From Octopus bimaculoides (lineage: Eukaryota): a stretch of DNA of 64,000 nucleotides. The translations under genes were made by a program, and so were the position numbers. The notes beneath the pieces were generated by a model. It was not told the DNA's origin, did no database searches, and was given only the letters and a program-made list of their open reading frames with translations. Location of the stretch: the NCBI RefSeq assembly GCF_001194135.2, contig NC_068986.1, positions 17,345,673-17,409,672 on the forward strand, given 5' to 3'. This document shows, piece after piece, positions 51,132-64,000 of the stretch (positions are counted from its first letter, which is position 1; each line of letters starts with the position of its first letter).

Positions 51132-51180
<49 letters not shown>
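50955..51180 (-). mobile_element. Decayed SINE family A 3' part
   Basis: gtgctggagcatcgcc...gaaccactaacttacgaggacgtaaacac...tgtcaagcggtgatggaggacaaac. Confidence 0.75.
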
Positions 51181-51757
51181 ACACTTACACACAAAGATGC
51201 ACACACATACACAGACAAAGAAACACACGCGCGTGCACACACACATATGTACCCAAACTTATATCTACACGAACACACTAGGAACACATATATTAATATA
51301 TATATTAATACCTGGTGCCATCTCAGCGGAAGCAAGCCTTATCGCGTAAACAAATAATTGTCCTCGTTAAAAGATGGATGAGTTTTACATAGTGTGACAA
51401 GCTTTTAATATATTAAGGAAAATTTAAACAATTTCCAAGATGACAGCATNNNNNNNNNNNNNNNNNNNNNNNNNNNNNNNNNNNNNNNNNNNNNNNNNNN
51501 NNNNNNNNNNNNNNNNNNNNNNNNNNNNNNNNNNNNNNNNNNNNNNNNNNNNNNNNNNNNNNNNNNNNNNNNNNNNNNNNNNNNNNNNNNNNNNNNNNNN
51601 NNNNNNNNNNNNNNNNNNNNNNNNNNNNNNNNNNNNNNNNNNNNNNNNNNNNNNNNNNNNNNNNNNNNNNNNNNNNNNNNNNNNNNNNNNNNNNNNNNNN
51701 NNNNNNNNNNNNNNNNNNNNNNNNNNNNNNNNNNNNNNNNNNNNNNNNNNNNNNNNN

Positions 51758-51788
<31 letters not shown>

Positions 51789-52879
51789 CGTATGTATATA
51801 ACTGCCTGCATATATATATATAGTTATCAAAGAAACATGCATACCTGAATTGGTAGACAGACAAGCTGTTGAACAGAACGACAGAGAAATAGATAGACAA
51901 ATAAGACGAATAGACGGATAGCTAGGTAGCTAGCTAGATAGAGAGAGTGAGTGATGGTCAGGAAGGTATGTAGTTTCATCTACATAGAACTAAATTTAAA
52001 TATGCCTAAACGGGCGTCTGCCTTCCATTGTTTCGTAATGATTATAAGATGAGAAGCTCGCCTTCATGTAGTTATAAACGTGTTTCATAACAAGGTAGGA
52101 AATAATAAAGAAATTCATCTTTATCCTGAATCTGTCTTTCATCGATGTCCATCTTATTTTTGGGGCGGGATTTTGAAACGATTTTAGTTCACACATCAAA
52201 GAACAACGAACGTAACTTGGCAACAGGAGGACGAACATATAATACGGACATTGGAACATCCTACAAATGCATCTCTTTCTCTCTCCTGCTCTCTCTCTCT
52301 CCCACTCTCTCTCCCTCTCTTTTTTATCTTTGCGTGTGTTTATATATACATATGTATATATTTATATGTGTGTATATGTGAGTGTGTGAGTGTATGTATG
52401 TGTCCTTTTATGTTTGCGTATGCATGTATTAGTTCGTTGAAATTAAGTGCTGTACACAACTTCGCTATAATTAACGTAATATCAATGAATAAAACACTTT
52501 GTTTATTCCTACTAACTCTTTAGTGTCACACGTCTGAGATACAAACTGTAGCGAATACCGAATGAAGGATAATTACGAAATTAAAGAGAATTTCTTGGTT
52601 TTCTTTAACAATTCCAGAAATTAATAATTAGGTAAAGTTTGCCGAACAGTTATAAAATTTAATGGGCTACGTTATCAAGTATGATGCTTTGTGATGATAT
52701 TACTATAAAACGTGAGCTTTCTTGCTTAGGAATACGGTTGGCTGTTATTGAATGCTCAGCTTATCAAGACGACGATGACGGCAGGTATATTGTCGCAAGG
52801 AATAAGATCTTTAACACAATTTTAGCATTAAGCATATTACACAACTGCAACGACACTGAAAGTTTTATGTAACTAAATA

Positions 52880-53107
52880 TTGGGTTGTTCGGAGTGTTCC
52901 TGCCGATCTTTAAAGGAAAGGAAAAAGTCAATAAATACTTGCCATTACATTTTTAATCAACCAAATATGAACCATTTTGTTGCACAATGCGTCTCCATCT
53001 TTCCTTTAACTTGAAAATACCCTCTTCCCAGAATTGAGGTGGTTTCATGGCAAATAAGTCGAAAGGTAAGCTACTATAAATCGGCACGAACTTTCCGGAC
53101 AACCCAA
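52880..53107 (-). mobile_element. 228-bp internally deleted mariner with both TIRs and TA flanks
   Basis: TA|TTGGGTTGTTCGGAGTGTTCCTGCCGAT ... ATCGGCACGAACTTTCCGGACAACCCAA|TA; the interior encodes FDLFAMKPPQFWEEGIFKLKERWRRIVQQNGSYLVD*. Confidence 0.92.
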
Positions 53108-53876
53108 TATTAACGTTGTAAATCTTCATAGATTCCAATACACATCTTATTTCCCTATTTTACTATTATATTGAACCATTTCAAAAAGCTGTTCCCAAAC
53201 TAGGTTAAGTATACTGACAATTAGCATCTTCCGCCTAGAAAAAGATTTTTAAAAAAAGAGTAAATTTTTCTGAAGTGTAATTTGTAATTATTACATTTTT
53301 CATTTATCATTCTAAAATCAGGAGTCAAGAAAAAATTTCAAACTTACTTATTTTGTGGAAAACGTTATTTTTCTTATCACCATGTTGGATTTGTAGTGTA
53401 TATATCGCGTAGATATTCCTTTCTATATTCTTCTAGCCTTAAGACACATAAAGCCAGTCGTTGCGTATTAGTGACTAAGACACTGCATTTCTCTAAGCGA
53501 GACGTCTTTGTTAAAGAGGTTCAGCAACAGTGAGAGAAGAGGATAAGTCGATAACATCGACACCAATACTTCACTGGTTTTTCATTTTATCGACTGTAAA
53601 AGGATGAAAGGCAAAGTTGATGCCTGTCTGGATTTGAAATCAGAACATAAAGCACCGGAAAAACCGCTAAGAATGTTGGCAGACGCACTGGCGATTATAC
53701 CACCTAAACGCTTATATTAATTAATATGTTGTTAATAATGAAGTTTAATTCAAGGGACAGCAGTGTTTGGTTCTACAATCTGTTACTCATTAGTTCATAA
53801 ATGAATAAGATAACATAGTTAGGTACGAATTTTACTTAATTGGTAATTTGAACATCACATTATTAAAGCAATATTT

Positions 53877-54263
53877 AAAGTGGCGAGTTTAGCGGTATTT
53901 CGTCTGCCGCTACGTTCTGAGTTCAAATTCCGCCGAGGTCGACTGTGCCTTACATCCTTTCGGGTTCGATTATATAAGTACCAGTTACGCACTGGAGTCA
54001 ATATAATCGACTTAATCAGTTTGTCTGTCTTTGTCCCTTCTATGTTTAGCCCCATGTGGGCAATAAAGAAATAAGAAACGTTAGCATCCCGGGCGAAACA
54101 CTTAAAAGTATTTCGTCTGTCTTTACGTTATGGGTTCAAATTCTTCCGAGGTCGGCTTTACCTTTCGGGGGTCTATAAATTAAATACCAGTTGCGTACTG
54201 GAGTCGATATAATCGACTGGTCACCTCCCCCAATATTCTGGGCCTTTTGTCTAGTGTAGAAAA
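53877..54263 (+). mobile_element. Dimeric SINE family M
   Basis: Left monomer ends gggcaataaagaaataagaa; right monomer starts acgttagcatcccgggcgaaac; possible short TSD caatattt. Confidence 0.88.
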
Positions 54264-55612
54264 CAATATTTTGAATTTCGATTTTTATGATAGAAATTTA
54301 CAATTAAATTACTCAAGGAAAATATCAAGAGTGGAGATAAGTTGAATTCCAACGTTATCGAGAAGTAAATACAATGAAAATTACTGGTTTAAGAATAAGA
54401 TTTTGTTTCAAAACGAGTCGAAATGTATTTCGTTGTATCTCGGGGCGGTTGTTATGTCACTGTTACTAACAGACACTGGATCTATTTCCCTTCTTTATTT
54501 TTCTTTGCGGTTAGTTATACACTTAACAACTTAACTAGTCGATTATTTGACTAATCATTATGATACTCAGTCAAGCAGCTAGGTTTGTGAAAGAACTTGC
54601 ATCGTAATCTATGACCACATTAATGGCATGCTTTCTACTCCAGGCTTGTGACAAGTCTGTCTGACGATCTCCTTGTATACAGGTTCTGTAGCTATATATC
54701 TGTGGGTGTGATTGAGAAGATATGTGAGAAACGGAAGGTCTATATCTCACGTATTCAACAGTGCGCATGTTTAATATTGGCATAATGAACCGCCAGAGAT
54801 ACAACAAAATTTATAAATTTGCAATATTTAAAAATCCATTCCGCATATTGTGTATTAAAATTCCCCTTTCGTTACATTCACGAAATTACCTTCTTCTAAA
54901 AGTCAGATCAAATATAATTGTAAATGTATTGAATATTCTAAAAATTTTCTCGTATTGTAATACATTTTTGTAATATTCCAGGCATGAAACTGCAGTAAAA
55001 TATTATTCCCAAATTTGTTGAGTTTCATAATTTATTTCAATTTATTTTTATTATGAGCAGTGAATTAATTAAGAAACATTGCCGTTTGTTTGGTGTTCTG
55101 TAAAATTAATAATTTCTCGCTTCACCTTGTAAGGAGATACTCGCATCTCTCTGTATTAATAATCATTCAGATGGCACCACGCTTGTTTAAGTAACTGATT
55201 ATGACTTCCTGATAATTCATATTCAACATCTGACGTTAAATATCAAGCATGTTCGACTACGTGAATGATATAAAAGATAACAGCTAAGAAAAATATCTAA
55301 ACCTAAACCATATCGATGAAGGCTTTCGAAACCGTTTGTATTTAATGTTGCAAAGACTGATAGCTTTAGAAATAAATTCACGTGGCCTTAGACCTTTGAA
55401 AACGTACGTTAAAAATTTACATAAACACAAGGACCTTCAAGTTTCCATGAAAATTAAAAAAAATAATTACTCAATGAACTTCGTCAGGATTCTAATTAGA
55501 TTTCCCTTTAATTTTAGTATAATGTTTCTCTTCGCTATATGTCAAAGTGAACACTGGTTAAATATGATGGAGATTTCGAAAACAAAAAAAAAAATGAAAT
55601 AGTAGTATGTAT

Positions 55613-55995
55613 GTTGTTGGCACTCCATCGTTTACGACATCGAGGGTTCCAGTTGATCCGATCAACGGAACAGCCTGCTCGTGAAGTTAACGTGCAAGTG
55701 GCTGACCACTCCACAGACATGTGTACCCTTAACGTAGTTCTCGGGGATATTCAGCGTGACACAGTGTGACAAGGCTGACCCTTTGAATTACAGGCACAAC
55801 AGAAACAGGAAGTAAGGGTGAGAGAAAGTTGTGGTGAAAGAGTACAGCAGGGTTCGCCACCATCCCTTGCTGAAGTCTCGTGGAGCGTTAGGTGTTTTCG
55901 CTCAATATACACTCACAACGCCCGGTTTGGGAATCGAAACCACGATCCTATGACTGCGAGTCCGCTGCCCTAACCACTGGGCCATTGCGCCTCCA
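55613..55995 (-). mobile_element. SINE family C, full length
   Basis: Reverse complement of 49464-49850 along its whole length. Confidence 0.9.
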
Positions 55996-56963
55996 TAGTA
56001 TGTATGATAACCACTAAATTGAAAATGCACATTCTTCGCCATATATTTGTATGTGTGCGTGTGTGTATGTGTGTTTGTGTGTGTATGTGTGTATGTGTGT
56101 GTGCACGCGTGTGTATGTGTGCATGTGTGAGTGTGTGTGTGGGCGTGTGCGTGTATACATGAACTCCTTGCATCCTTTCCATATTTCTCGATTTCAAATA
56201 CAACTTTCTAATCTTGCTTCCCGTTGTGAGGAGATAGTTACCTCTCTTTCAATTGATGGTTATCTGAAGGGCGATATGCGTGTTTGAATAATACTAGATA
56301 TACCTTCAGGAAATTCTTCTCTAAATTCTGACGTTGGTCAAGCATCTGTGTTTGAAAAGGCTCGAGTGTTCAAAGCAGTTTGTTCAGCTATGAGAAAGAT
56401 ATTTGATATAACAGTCAGAAAAGATATCTACACCTCCAACATTGCTACGCAATTACATATTCAAATTTGTTTTAACCTTATGCAAGGGAGAATGAAATAG
56501 AAAAAAAAATGTAGTTTAAAATAGTGCATTATACTTATAGTACGCCAGTGTAGTTTTTATATTACTGTAAATAAAGGTGTAATGTTCTGAATGAAAATGC
56601 AAAAACAATCGTAGTTAATTGAAATTCTTCTTATTGTTACTGAAGGAAAACTAAAATTTAATCGCCCGCCAATATTAGCGACTTAAACTAAATGGAAGAA
56701 CAATTCAAGAAATTTGGAATTTCTCAAAAGTTAAATCCGAATCTTCGACTAAGGAAAACTAAAATAGCTTTGACTACGATTGGACAAATTTGGACACGTT
56801 CCGGTCTAATACATTTTAGCTCGAGACATGATTCGGTCCAATAGATTTCTCATTCTACTCCATAAATTCATCCTTTCCTGGTAGCCGTGAAATGATGATA
56901 ATCGGGAAAAGACAAATTCCGTAATGATTTTGCGCTTTAACACTGTGTATTTTCTCTGTATAA

Positions 56964-57021
<58 letters not shown>

Positions 57022-57349
57022 NNNNNNNNNNNNNNNNNNNNNNNNNNNNNNNNNNNNNNNNNNNNNNNNNNNNNNNNNNNNNNNNNNNNNNNNNNNNNNN
57101 NNNNNNNNNNNNNNNNNNNNNNNNNNNNNNNNNNNNNNNNNNNNNNNNNNNNNNNNNNNNNNNNNNNNNNNNNNNNNNNNNNNNNNNNNNNNNNNNNNNN
57201 NNNNNNNNNNNNNNNNNNNNNNNNNNNNNNNNNNNNNNNNNNNNNNNNNNNNNNNNNNNNNNNNNNNNNNNNNNNNNNNNNNNNNNNNNNNNNNNNNNNN
57301 NNNNNNNNNNNNNNNNNNNNNNNNNNNNNNNNNNNNNNNNNNNNNNNNN

Positions 57350-57388
<39 letters not shown>

Positions 57389-58019
57389 TAGATGAAGGAC
57401 GCACTCACACACATGCAGACGAACAAACAATTTGATTTCCAGCACGCAAAGGACATTATCCAATGCAGAAGTCTCTGTTCAATTGATTGAGATATTTAAC
57501 CAAAGCTAGAGCTCATCCGATGAAATTTTTCTGCATGTCTATATTTCTGTGTGTATTTACCAAGAGGTAAACATAGCTACTTAAATATAAACACAATCAC
57601 CACATACATATGTAGCTCAATGTATAGAGATGCCTATGTACGAATCTATATACGTGTATGTATATTTAAGCGTCGGTGCATGTATGTACAAGCGAATCCG
57701 CATAAGCAGATATTGTTGTAAGTATGCTGTCGTCCTGGAAATTATTTAAGTTTTTTCTTCCTTAATAGATTAAAAGCCTGCCACTCAATTCAAATCTCAT
57801 TCATTCTTTACAAAGACAAGTATTTGTTAAATTGATAAGGATTTCTCTGTTTCAGTCAAGATGGTACCAGGCATCTGTGCAGACGTGGTTGCATATAGTC
57901 AGGTGCATGAGTATGTTGATGCGAGAATATGCACGGCTACATGTAAGTATGTATGATGCATATAATTCTGTTCAATGCTTTTGTAGAAAGCATTTTTGAA
58001 GAACAGCAACAGCAAAAAC

Positions 58020-58030
58020 AGCAACGAGAG

Positions 58031-58062
<32 letters not shown>

Positions 58063-58304
58063 GCAATGATGATGATATTAATAATAACAATAACAACAAT
58101 AAAAACAGGAGCAATAATAATAATATTTATGATAGCAATTATAATAACGACGATGACGACGATAACGATGATGCTGAAGATGATGACGACGACGATGTTG
58201 AAGATGAAGCTGATGGTGATGATGACGATGATGATGATGATGATGATGATGATGACGACGATGTTGAAGATGAAGCTGATGGTGATGATGACGATGATGA
58301 TGAC

Positions 58305-58360
<56 letters not shown>

Positions 58361-58487
58361 TTTTGAGGATGATGGTGATCGTGATCGTGATGATGATGAT
58401 GATGAGAGCGACGGCGACTATGTTGAGGATGATGACGACGACGATGTTGAAGATGATAGTGAAGATGATGATGGCGATGATGATGGC

Positions 58488-58547
<60 letters not shown>

Positions 58548-58682
58548 AGGGAAGCTGATGATGATGAGGATGATGATGAAATGAAGATGATGATGAAGAT
58601 GATGATGATGAGGAGGAAGATGATGCTGATGCTGAGGATAATGATGATGAGGAGGAGGATGAGGAGGAGGAGGATGGTGATA

Positions 58683-58745
<63 letters not shown>

Positions 58746-58750
58746 GTGAA
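58020..58750. repeat. Compound (AAC)/(AAT)/(GAT)n/(GAC)n trinucleotide array
   Basis: Directly visible, with duplicated gacgacgatgttgaagatgaagctgatggtgat blocks. Confidence 0.9.
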
Positions 58751-59819
58751 GCAAACAAAATATATACCGGAGGGAGAAGATTTGACCAGATACTTACTGA
58801 AGCACCTGGAGAAACAGATAGAAATGTTCTGCTAAATTTGCTGCTCTCCTATGTTGACAAAATATGATAGAATTGTGCGTGTTGCAGCTTTATCGCTGTC
58901 GCCGCTACATTATTGAATCTGAAACGGTCTGTCTATTCTCGTTTCAAATTTCCCATTCCGGTGACATAAACCTGTCATTTACCTTTTCTTGATACGACTG
59001 TTTGCCTGCTGTATGATACCAATCTATTGATAAGGGACGAAAACTCAATCTGTTACCAACATCTCGAAACTTAGAATAACGAGAACGTTCTTGTGGGTAG
59101 AAAGTCTTAAACATCAGTACAGACATTTGACAAATTCTTTCAGTAATTCGTAGAACTGAACGATTTTCAGTAATTAATACAAGCTTACAATGGTCTTCTC
59201 TTTAGGTTAATGCAAAATTTCGTATATCTAGATACATGTAAGATTTCCCAATTGTTTAAACTACAACAATATTGCTGCATTAGTCAGTTAATCTACCACG
59301 AAAGTAGGATTCTGGAACTAGGAGCGGGAAGGATTCGAAATATTTGTGATACTGGCACCGCTTTCCTAGTTGCCATTATGAATCCGTCCTTCTCAATAGC
59401 GATTTCCAAGGAAATTCACTTCGTTGAGGCTGATCTGGTAACTCACAGCGAAAAATAAAAATGGACTTTTCCAGCAATTATTTTAGCTACAAATTTATGA
59501 CAACACTTATCAAATAAATAGTGAAATTATTAATAAAAAGTTTGTTGATAATGTAATTACACTATGATGCATAGACTTGATAGCAGAAGAAAACAAATTA
59601 ACTTTTTAATGAAGAGAATTTTTTAATTCATTAAATGTGATTTACCATTTCACAACATCAAAAACCAGATTAGTGCTCCAGAAACGATTCTGTAAACTTA
59701 GGCCACAAAAATGATCACAGGAGTGGTCCTATGATACACAGTACTCAATTCAACTAGCAATTTAGTGACTGTTAGCAAACTTAACAAGAATGACACTGGT
59801 AGTTGGCTAATAATTCTTT

Positions 59820-60050
59820 CTAATATAGGTACAAGGCATGAAATTTTGGGGTAAAGGGCCAGTCGATTAGATCGACTCCAGTTCGCAAATGGTATTTAAT
59901 TTATCGACTCCAGTTCGCAACTGGTACTTAATTTATCGACTCCGAAAGGATGAAAATCAAAGTCGACCTCGGCAGACTTTTAACTTAGATGTAAAGACGG
60001 ACGAAATTCCGTTAACCATTTTGTCCGGCGTGTTAACGAATTTGCTAGCT
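59820..60050 (-). mobile_element. SINE family M with an internal 32-bp tandem duplication
   Basis: atcgactccagttcgcaa.tggta.ttaattt at 59871-59902 and 59903-59934. Confidence 0.85.
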
Positions 60051-60282
60051 GTTGCCTTGGTAGGTTGGTAATAATGCTATGAAGATTGTCATTTTCTATA
60101 GGAACTGGTTTTGCTATGTTGATAAATAAGAGTCAAGGACAAAATTCAAAGCCTCCAACTGCAGTGTTCCCATATGTTGCTAAATGTTGAGTGGGTGATT
60201 CAACAACCCTAAGAGCATAAGGGACATGAGAGAATTCAACCGCTCAGCCTGAAAAAAAAACAAAAAAACATAACACAATACG

Positions 60283-60780
60283 TGCAGCTGTGGCTCTGTG
60301 TTAAGAAGCTTGCTTCCCAACAACGTGGCTCTACGTGGCACCTTGGGACGATGTCTTGTACTATAGCCTCGGGCCGACCAAATTCTTGTGAATTGATTTG
60401 ATAGGACGGAAACTGAGAGGCTGAAAGAAGCTCGTCGTATATACATACATACATACATACATACACACACACACATATGTATATATATATATATATATNN
60501 NNNNNNNNNNNNNNNNNNNNNNNNNNNNNNNNNNNNNNNNNNNNNNNNNNNNNNNNNNNNNNNNNNNNNNNNNNNNNNNNNNNNNNNNNNNNNNNNNNNN
60601 NNNNNNNNNNNNNNNNNNNNNNNNNNNNNNNNNNNNNNNNNNNNNNNNNNNNNNNNNNNNNTGGCGGTTCGGGCACAAGGCTTAAAAAAATGCGACCTGT
60701 GGTCGATTTGTTCGACAGAAAACACTTCAAAGCATTGCTCCAGCACGGACGCAGTAAAATAAATGAAATAAATAAAAGTA
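60283..60780 (+). mobile_element. SINE family A with internal microsatellite and gap
   Basis: Head tggctctgtgttaagaagcttgcttcccaa; tail ggtcgatttgttcgac...gctccagcacggacgcagt. Confidence 0.82.
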
Positions 60781-62199
60781 TAAAATAATAGTGAATATAG
60801 AACATTGACCGAACGTTGTTCGTGGAGAAGTTTTTTGAAGTAAATGTAAATATTGGACAATGTATAAACTGAGTTTGCAAAATATATTATAAAATATTTT
60901 TTAAATGAAGGCTGTTTTTTTTTGTTTTGGTTAAACAATAATAAATCAGTTCGTTATTAAATCTTCACTGAGAGTAACAACTTAACGTTTGATAATTTAA
61001 CCAATTAAAAAGCATCTAATATAGCGTCTATTATTCTGAAAGTGAAAGTGAAAGTAAAGCTTATAAATTTCTATTTCTTTCAAAGACTTTGTATTTAAAT
61101 TGGATGTGTTTTATATTACAGGTAACATTTACTATGAACAACTAATCTAATTTTAAACTTTTTCCTTTTGCCGTTAGCAAAGCCACGGGCCTCGAACTAA
61201 TTATTATAATTCTAAATGATAACATCAGTCGAGGAGTTGATCTACCTCAAAGGTGAATTATTTCTTGTCATTGTCACAGACTACAAAATCAAATTTGCCA
61301 TGTTTGCTGCTACAATAAAAACAGCTGTCCACTTGCTTTAGCTTACGAAATATATAATTTTCGACATGTCTTTAAATATTCATTGCTATCCACTGGGCAA
61401 ATGATCTCCACAGCATTTCACACGATATGATAATAACGACACACCTGGTGTGCTTGCATTGAATAATACAGTTTTTATTGGAATGTTCCTCCTCTATAGT
61501 CTATTTTTACAATTTTTAATGCATTGTGTCTCTGTTGTGCCTCTAGAGCGTTTGTCTAGTCAATCCTTTCTGTGAATATCTTTAGATATTGTTTCTATGA
61601 CAATGCTATGTCACAGAAAATCATATTAATCTGTGCACATTTAAGGAAAACTAATGATGTGAGGGATATTATACAGATATGATACTTTATAATTTATATT
61701 TTGAAATTCTCTAAATTCTTCGTTTGCAGCCATTTACATTATTTCTACAAACAAGAGTATAGATTTTAACCAAAAATACAAACCTCTATCATTGAAATTT
61801 AAGCTAATTCAGTAAAGACGAAAATACTAAACACTAAATTAGTTTTGAATATTTTTTTCTTTTCCGTTGATATCTATATACAAAAGCATTTCAAATATAA
61901 CCATTCTCTTCCTGAAAACACGTTTTCCTTTCAAAAGTATTACTTAAAAACCATCGCAGCCTTAGCAAAAGCATCACAAACTACAGGTTGATTTGTAGAT
62001 TCTTCAAATATAATCTGAGATTATACGAAGTTATTTCAAAGTTTTCGCACGTTCTTGTCTCTTTTAACTGATTTTAAATGAAATATTCATATTTACTGAG
62101 CATATTAACAGCTCAGAATTAAATATTTTGTTCCATTACGAAATATGACAATCCTGTACGTTTGTATTTAGGCAATTTAAGACGACAATATTCCATAAA

Positions 62200-62960
62200 T
62201 ATGTATTTATGTGCAGTAGATGCAGGTGTTGTTCGCTGATAATAGTGCACTGGTTGTCCACGTCACTGAAGATATGCAGAAACTGGTAGATAAATTTACC
62301 AGAGCTGCATGAGAGTGTAGCTGAAAAATTTACATCAGAATAACCAAATGCCTTTACTAACCTGTGGAGAACCTGCAGGTTGGCTTAGTGTACTGTAGAT
62401 AACTAGGCAGCACCATTTCAGATAATGTATCACTGGAACAAGAAATCACATACAGAACGAGCAGAGCCTGAGCATCATTTGGCAGGCTGCAGAGAGGCTG
62501 TAGAAACTAATTATGTTTCTATACGTGTCAAATGTAAGGTATAGCAGGTATAGTAAGGTATATACTTGTTGTATGGAGCCAAAACTGGACAGTTTATTAA
62601 GCTCAAGTAGACAAGTTGCATACATATATGATGAGATAAATTATGAATATCACTGTCTGTGACAAGGTCGGGAATGAAGAGATCCTACGGCGTGCTGGAT
62701 CTGGCTCCAATGATGGAAATTCCTTATTGATAGAAATTTATGTTGGTTGGGACACGTGCACAGGATGTATAACAGCAGACTCACCAGACAAGATATTTAC
62801 TCTCTGCAGTGCAAGGGGAAAAGAAGCCATAGAAGATGAAGACTGAGAAATAGGAAGTGGAAAGGAATTGGTCATAATAAATGAGAGAACCACTCGAAAA
62901 ACCGACCAGTATGGAGAATACTTATCACGTGATGCCAAAGCCATGGAAAGTCATAGTCAA
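62200..62960 (+). pseudogene. Decayed RTE-clade LINE fragment (RT and C-terminal region)
   Basis: VLFADNSALVVHVTEDMQKLVDKFTRAA; STISDNVSLEQEITYRTSRA*ASFGRL; LLYGAKTW; IMNITVCDKVGNEEILRRAG; many stops and frameshifts. Confidence 0.85.
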
Positions 62961-63468
62961 GACGACTGACTACAAATATAAGATGTATTTACTAGTAGGA
63001 CCCATGTAAATTCCACGGAATGGAAACAATTAGGGGAGAAAGAATTTGAATTTTTATTGTAAAAATTAAGAAAAAAAGGGATCATTTGCATTTTCATAGC
63101 ATTCATAGTGTCGCTTTCTTTAAATATTCTTGATATTCGTCTACATTGATTTCTTCATGTCTCCATCGGTGTTGAATTTTACCTCCTTTATTGTATCTTC
63201 TCGTTCTTCCTCTCTGATCCGTTCTCTATATCTGCGCATCCTTTCTTGATCAGCTTGCAACTGTGTTCCTTGTGAATCCAGATCTTAGGCTAAATTAACC
63301 CTTTTTATAAACAAATATCATTTTTTAAAAGCGAGCAGACGATAAATAATTGCATTTATGCGTATGCAAAGGTCGCTATAAAAAAATAAAATTAGTTAAA
63401 ATAAAAACAACTTTTCCGTATCAACACACCACCACTATCTGCTTCTCTCTCTTGCACTCTGTCGTACA

Positions 63469-63502
<34 letters not shown>

Positions 63503-63729
63503 ATATCTACCTGACCTGTCCAGCTCTCTCTATCTACCTTTCTCTTCAGCTGACATTTTAACAACGTAAGAGGTATTCCTTCTCCACCCCAACACACTTC
63601 TCACCCCCTCTTTTTCTTTCGTCGTCTTATTCTCTCGTTCCTCTCTTCAACATTTAGCTGACCAAGTGAACATTTGGCCTAAGTGTATTAATGTTATTTC
63701 AAATTTTTACAAGGACAGCTTAGAGGAGG

Positions 63730-63905
63730 TGGGGATGAGTCGATTACATCAACCCCAGTGTTCAACTGGTAATTATTTTACCGACCCCGAAAGCATGAAA
63801 GGCGAAGTCGACATTGGTGGAATTTGAACTCAGAACGTAGCGGCAGACAAACCACCGTTATGCATTTTAGCCCGGCGTGCAAACCATTCTGCCAGCTCAC
63901 CGCCT
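63730..63905 (-). mobile_element. SINE family M copy
   Basis: accccgaaagcatgaaaggcgaagtcgac...gaatttgaactcagaacgtagcggcagac...gccagctcaccgcct. Confidence 0.88.
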
Positions 63906-64000
63906 CTCTTAGTGTGTTAATATTAATCACCTCTCTCTACTTTTCCTCTCTTCTTTCTTCACTCTTTCATTTCTCTCTCTCTCACTATTATTCAACCTCT

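Noticed and set aside
55305-55345. ATCGATGAAGGCTTTCGAAACCGT as a hammerhead
   Set aside because: Altered core with stems of only 2-3 weak pairs.
56051-56500. Long near-open frames after the SINE at 55995
   Set aside because: Interrupted by stops, no recognisable domain and no convincing splice pair.
58798-58805. Minus-strand 8-nt microexon (tttctccag|GTGCTTCA|gtaagt)
   Set aside because: The splice signals look good, but it is frame-shifting, has no partner exons and cannot be supported without RNA data.
62258-62295. CTGAAGA-TATGCA-GAAA-CTGGTA as a hammerhead
   Set aside because: No stem I, and it lies in frame within the RTE coding relic (TEDMQKLV), so it is a coincidence.

Overview
AT-rich, repeat-saturated eukaryotic DNA with about 8.5 kb (~13%) of N gaps, nearly all inside microsatellites. 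I recognise no host protein-coding exon, so this is probably a large intron or intergenic region. The dense microsatellites and the abundant tRNA-derived SINE families resemble an Octopus (coleoid cephalopod) genome; this is an inference, not a database match. Almost every ORF in the supplied track is a microsatellite or gap artefact. The only recognisable coding relics are dead transposon pieces: Tc1/mariner transposases (maT-like, rosa-like, mariner-like), an R4/Dong-like non-LTR retrotransposon flanked by (TAA)n, and an RTE-like LINE. The main hidden signal is a set of type I hammerhead ribozyme motifs from at least four unrelated sequence families. One is fully canonical (21600-21691, minus strand) and one is a near-intact minimal form (24514-24562). 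Several more sit in head-to-head inverted duplications (11428-11528, 24361-24454, 34865-35527), the arrangement expected of Penelope-like element termini or retrozymes. A dimeric SINE enclosed by one 18-bp target-site duplication is also directly visible. All structures were folded by eye; none was computed or tested.
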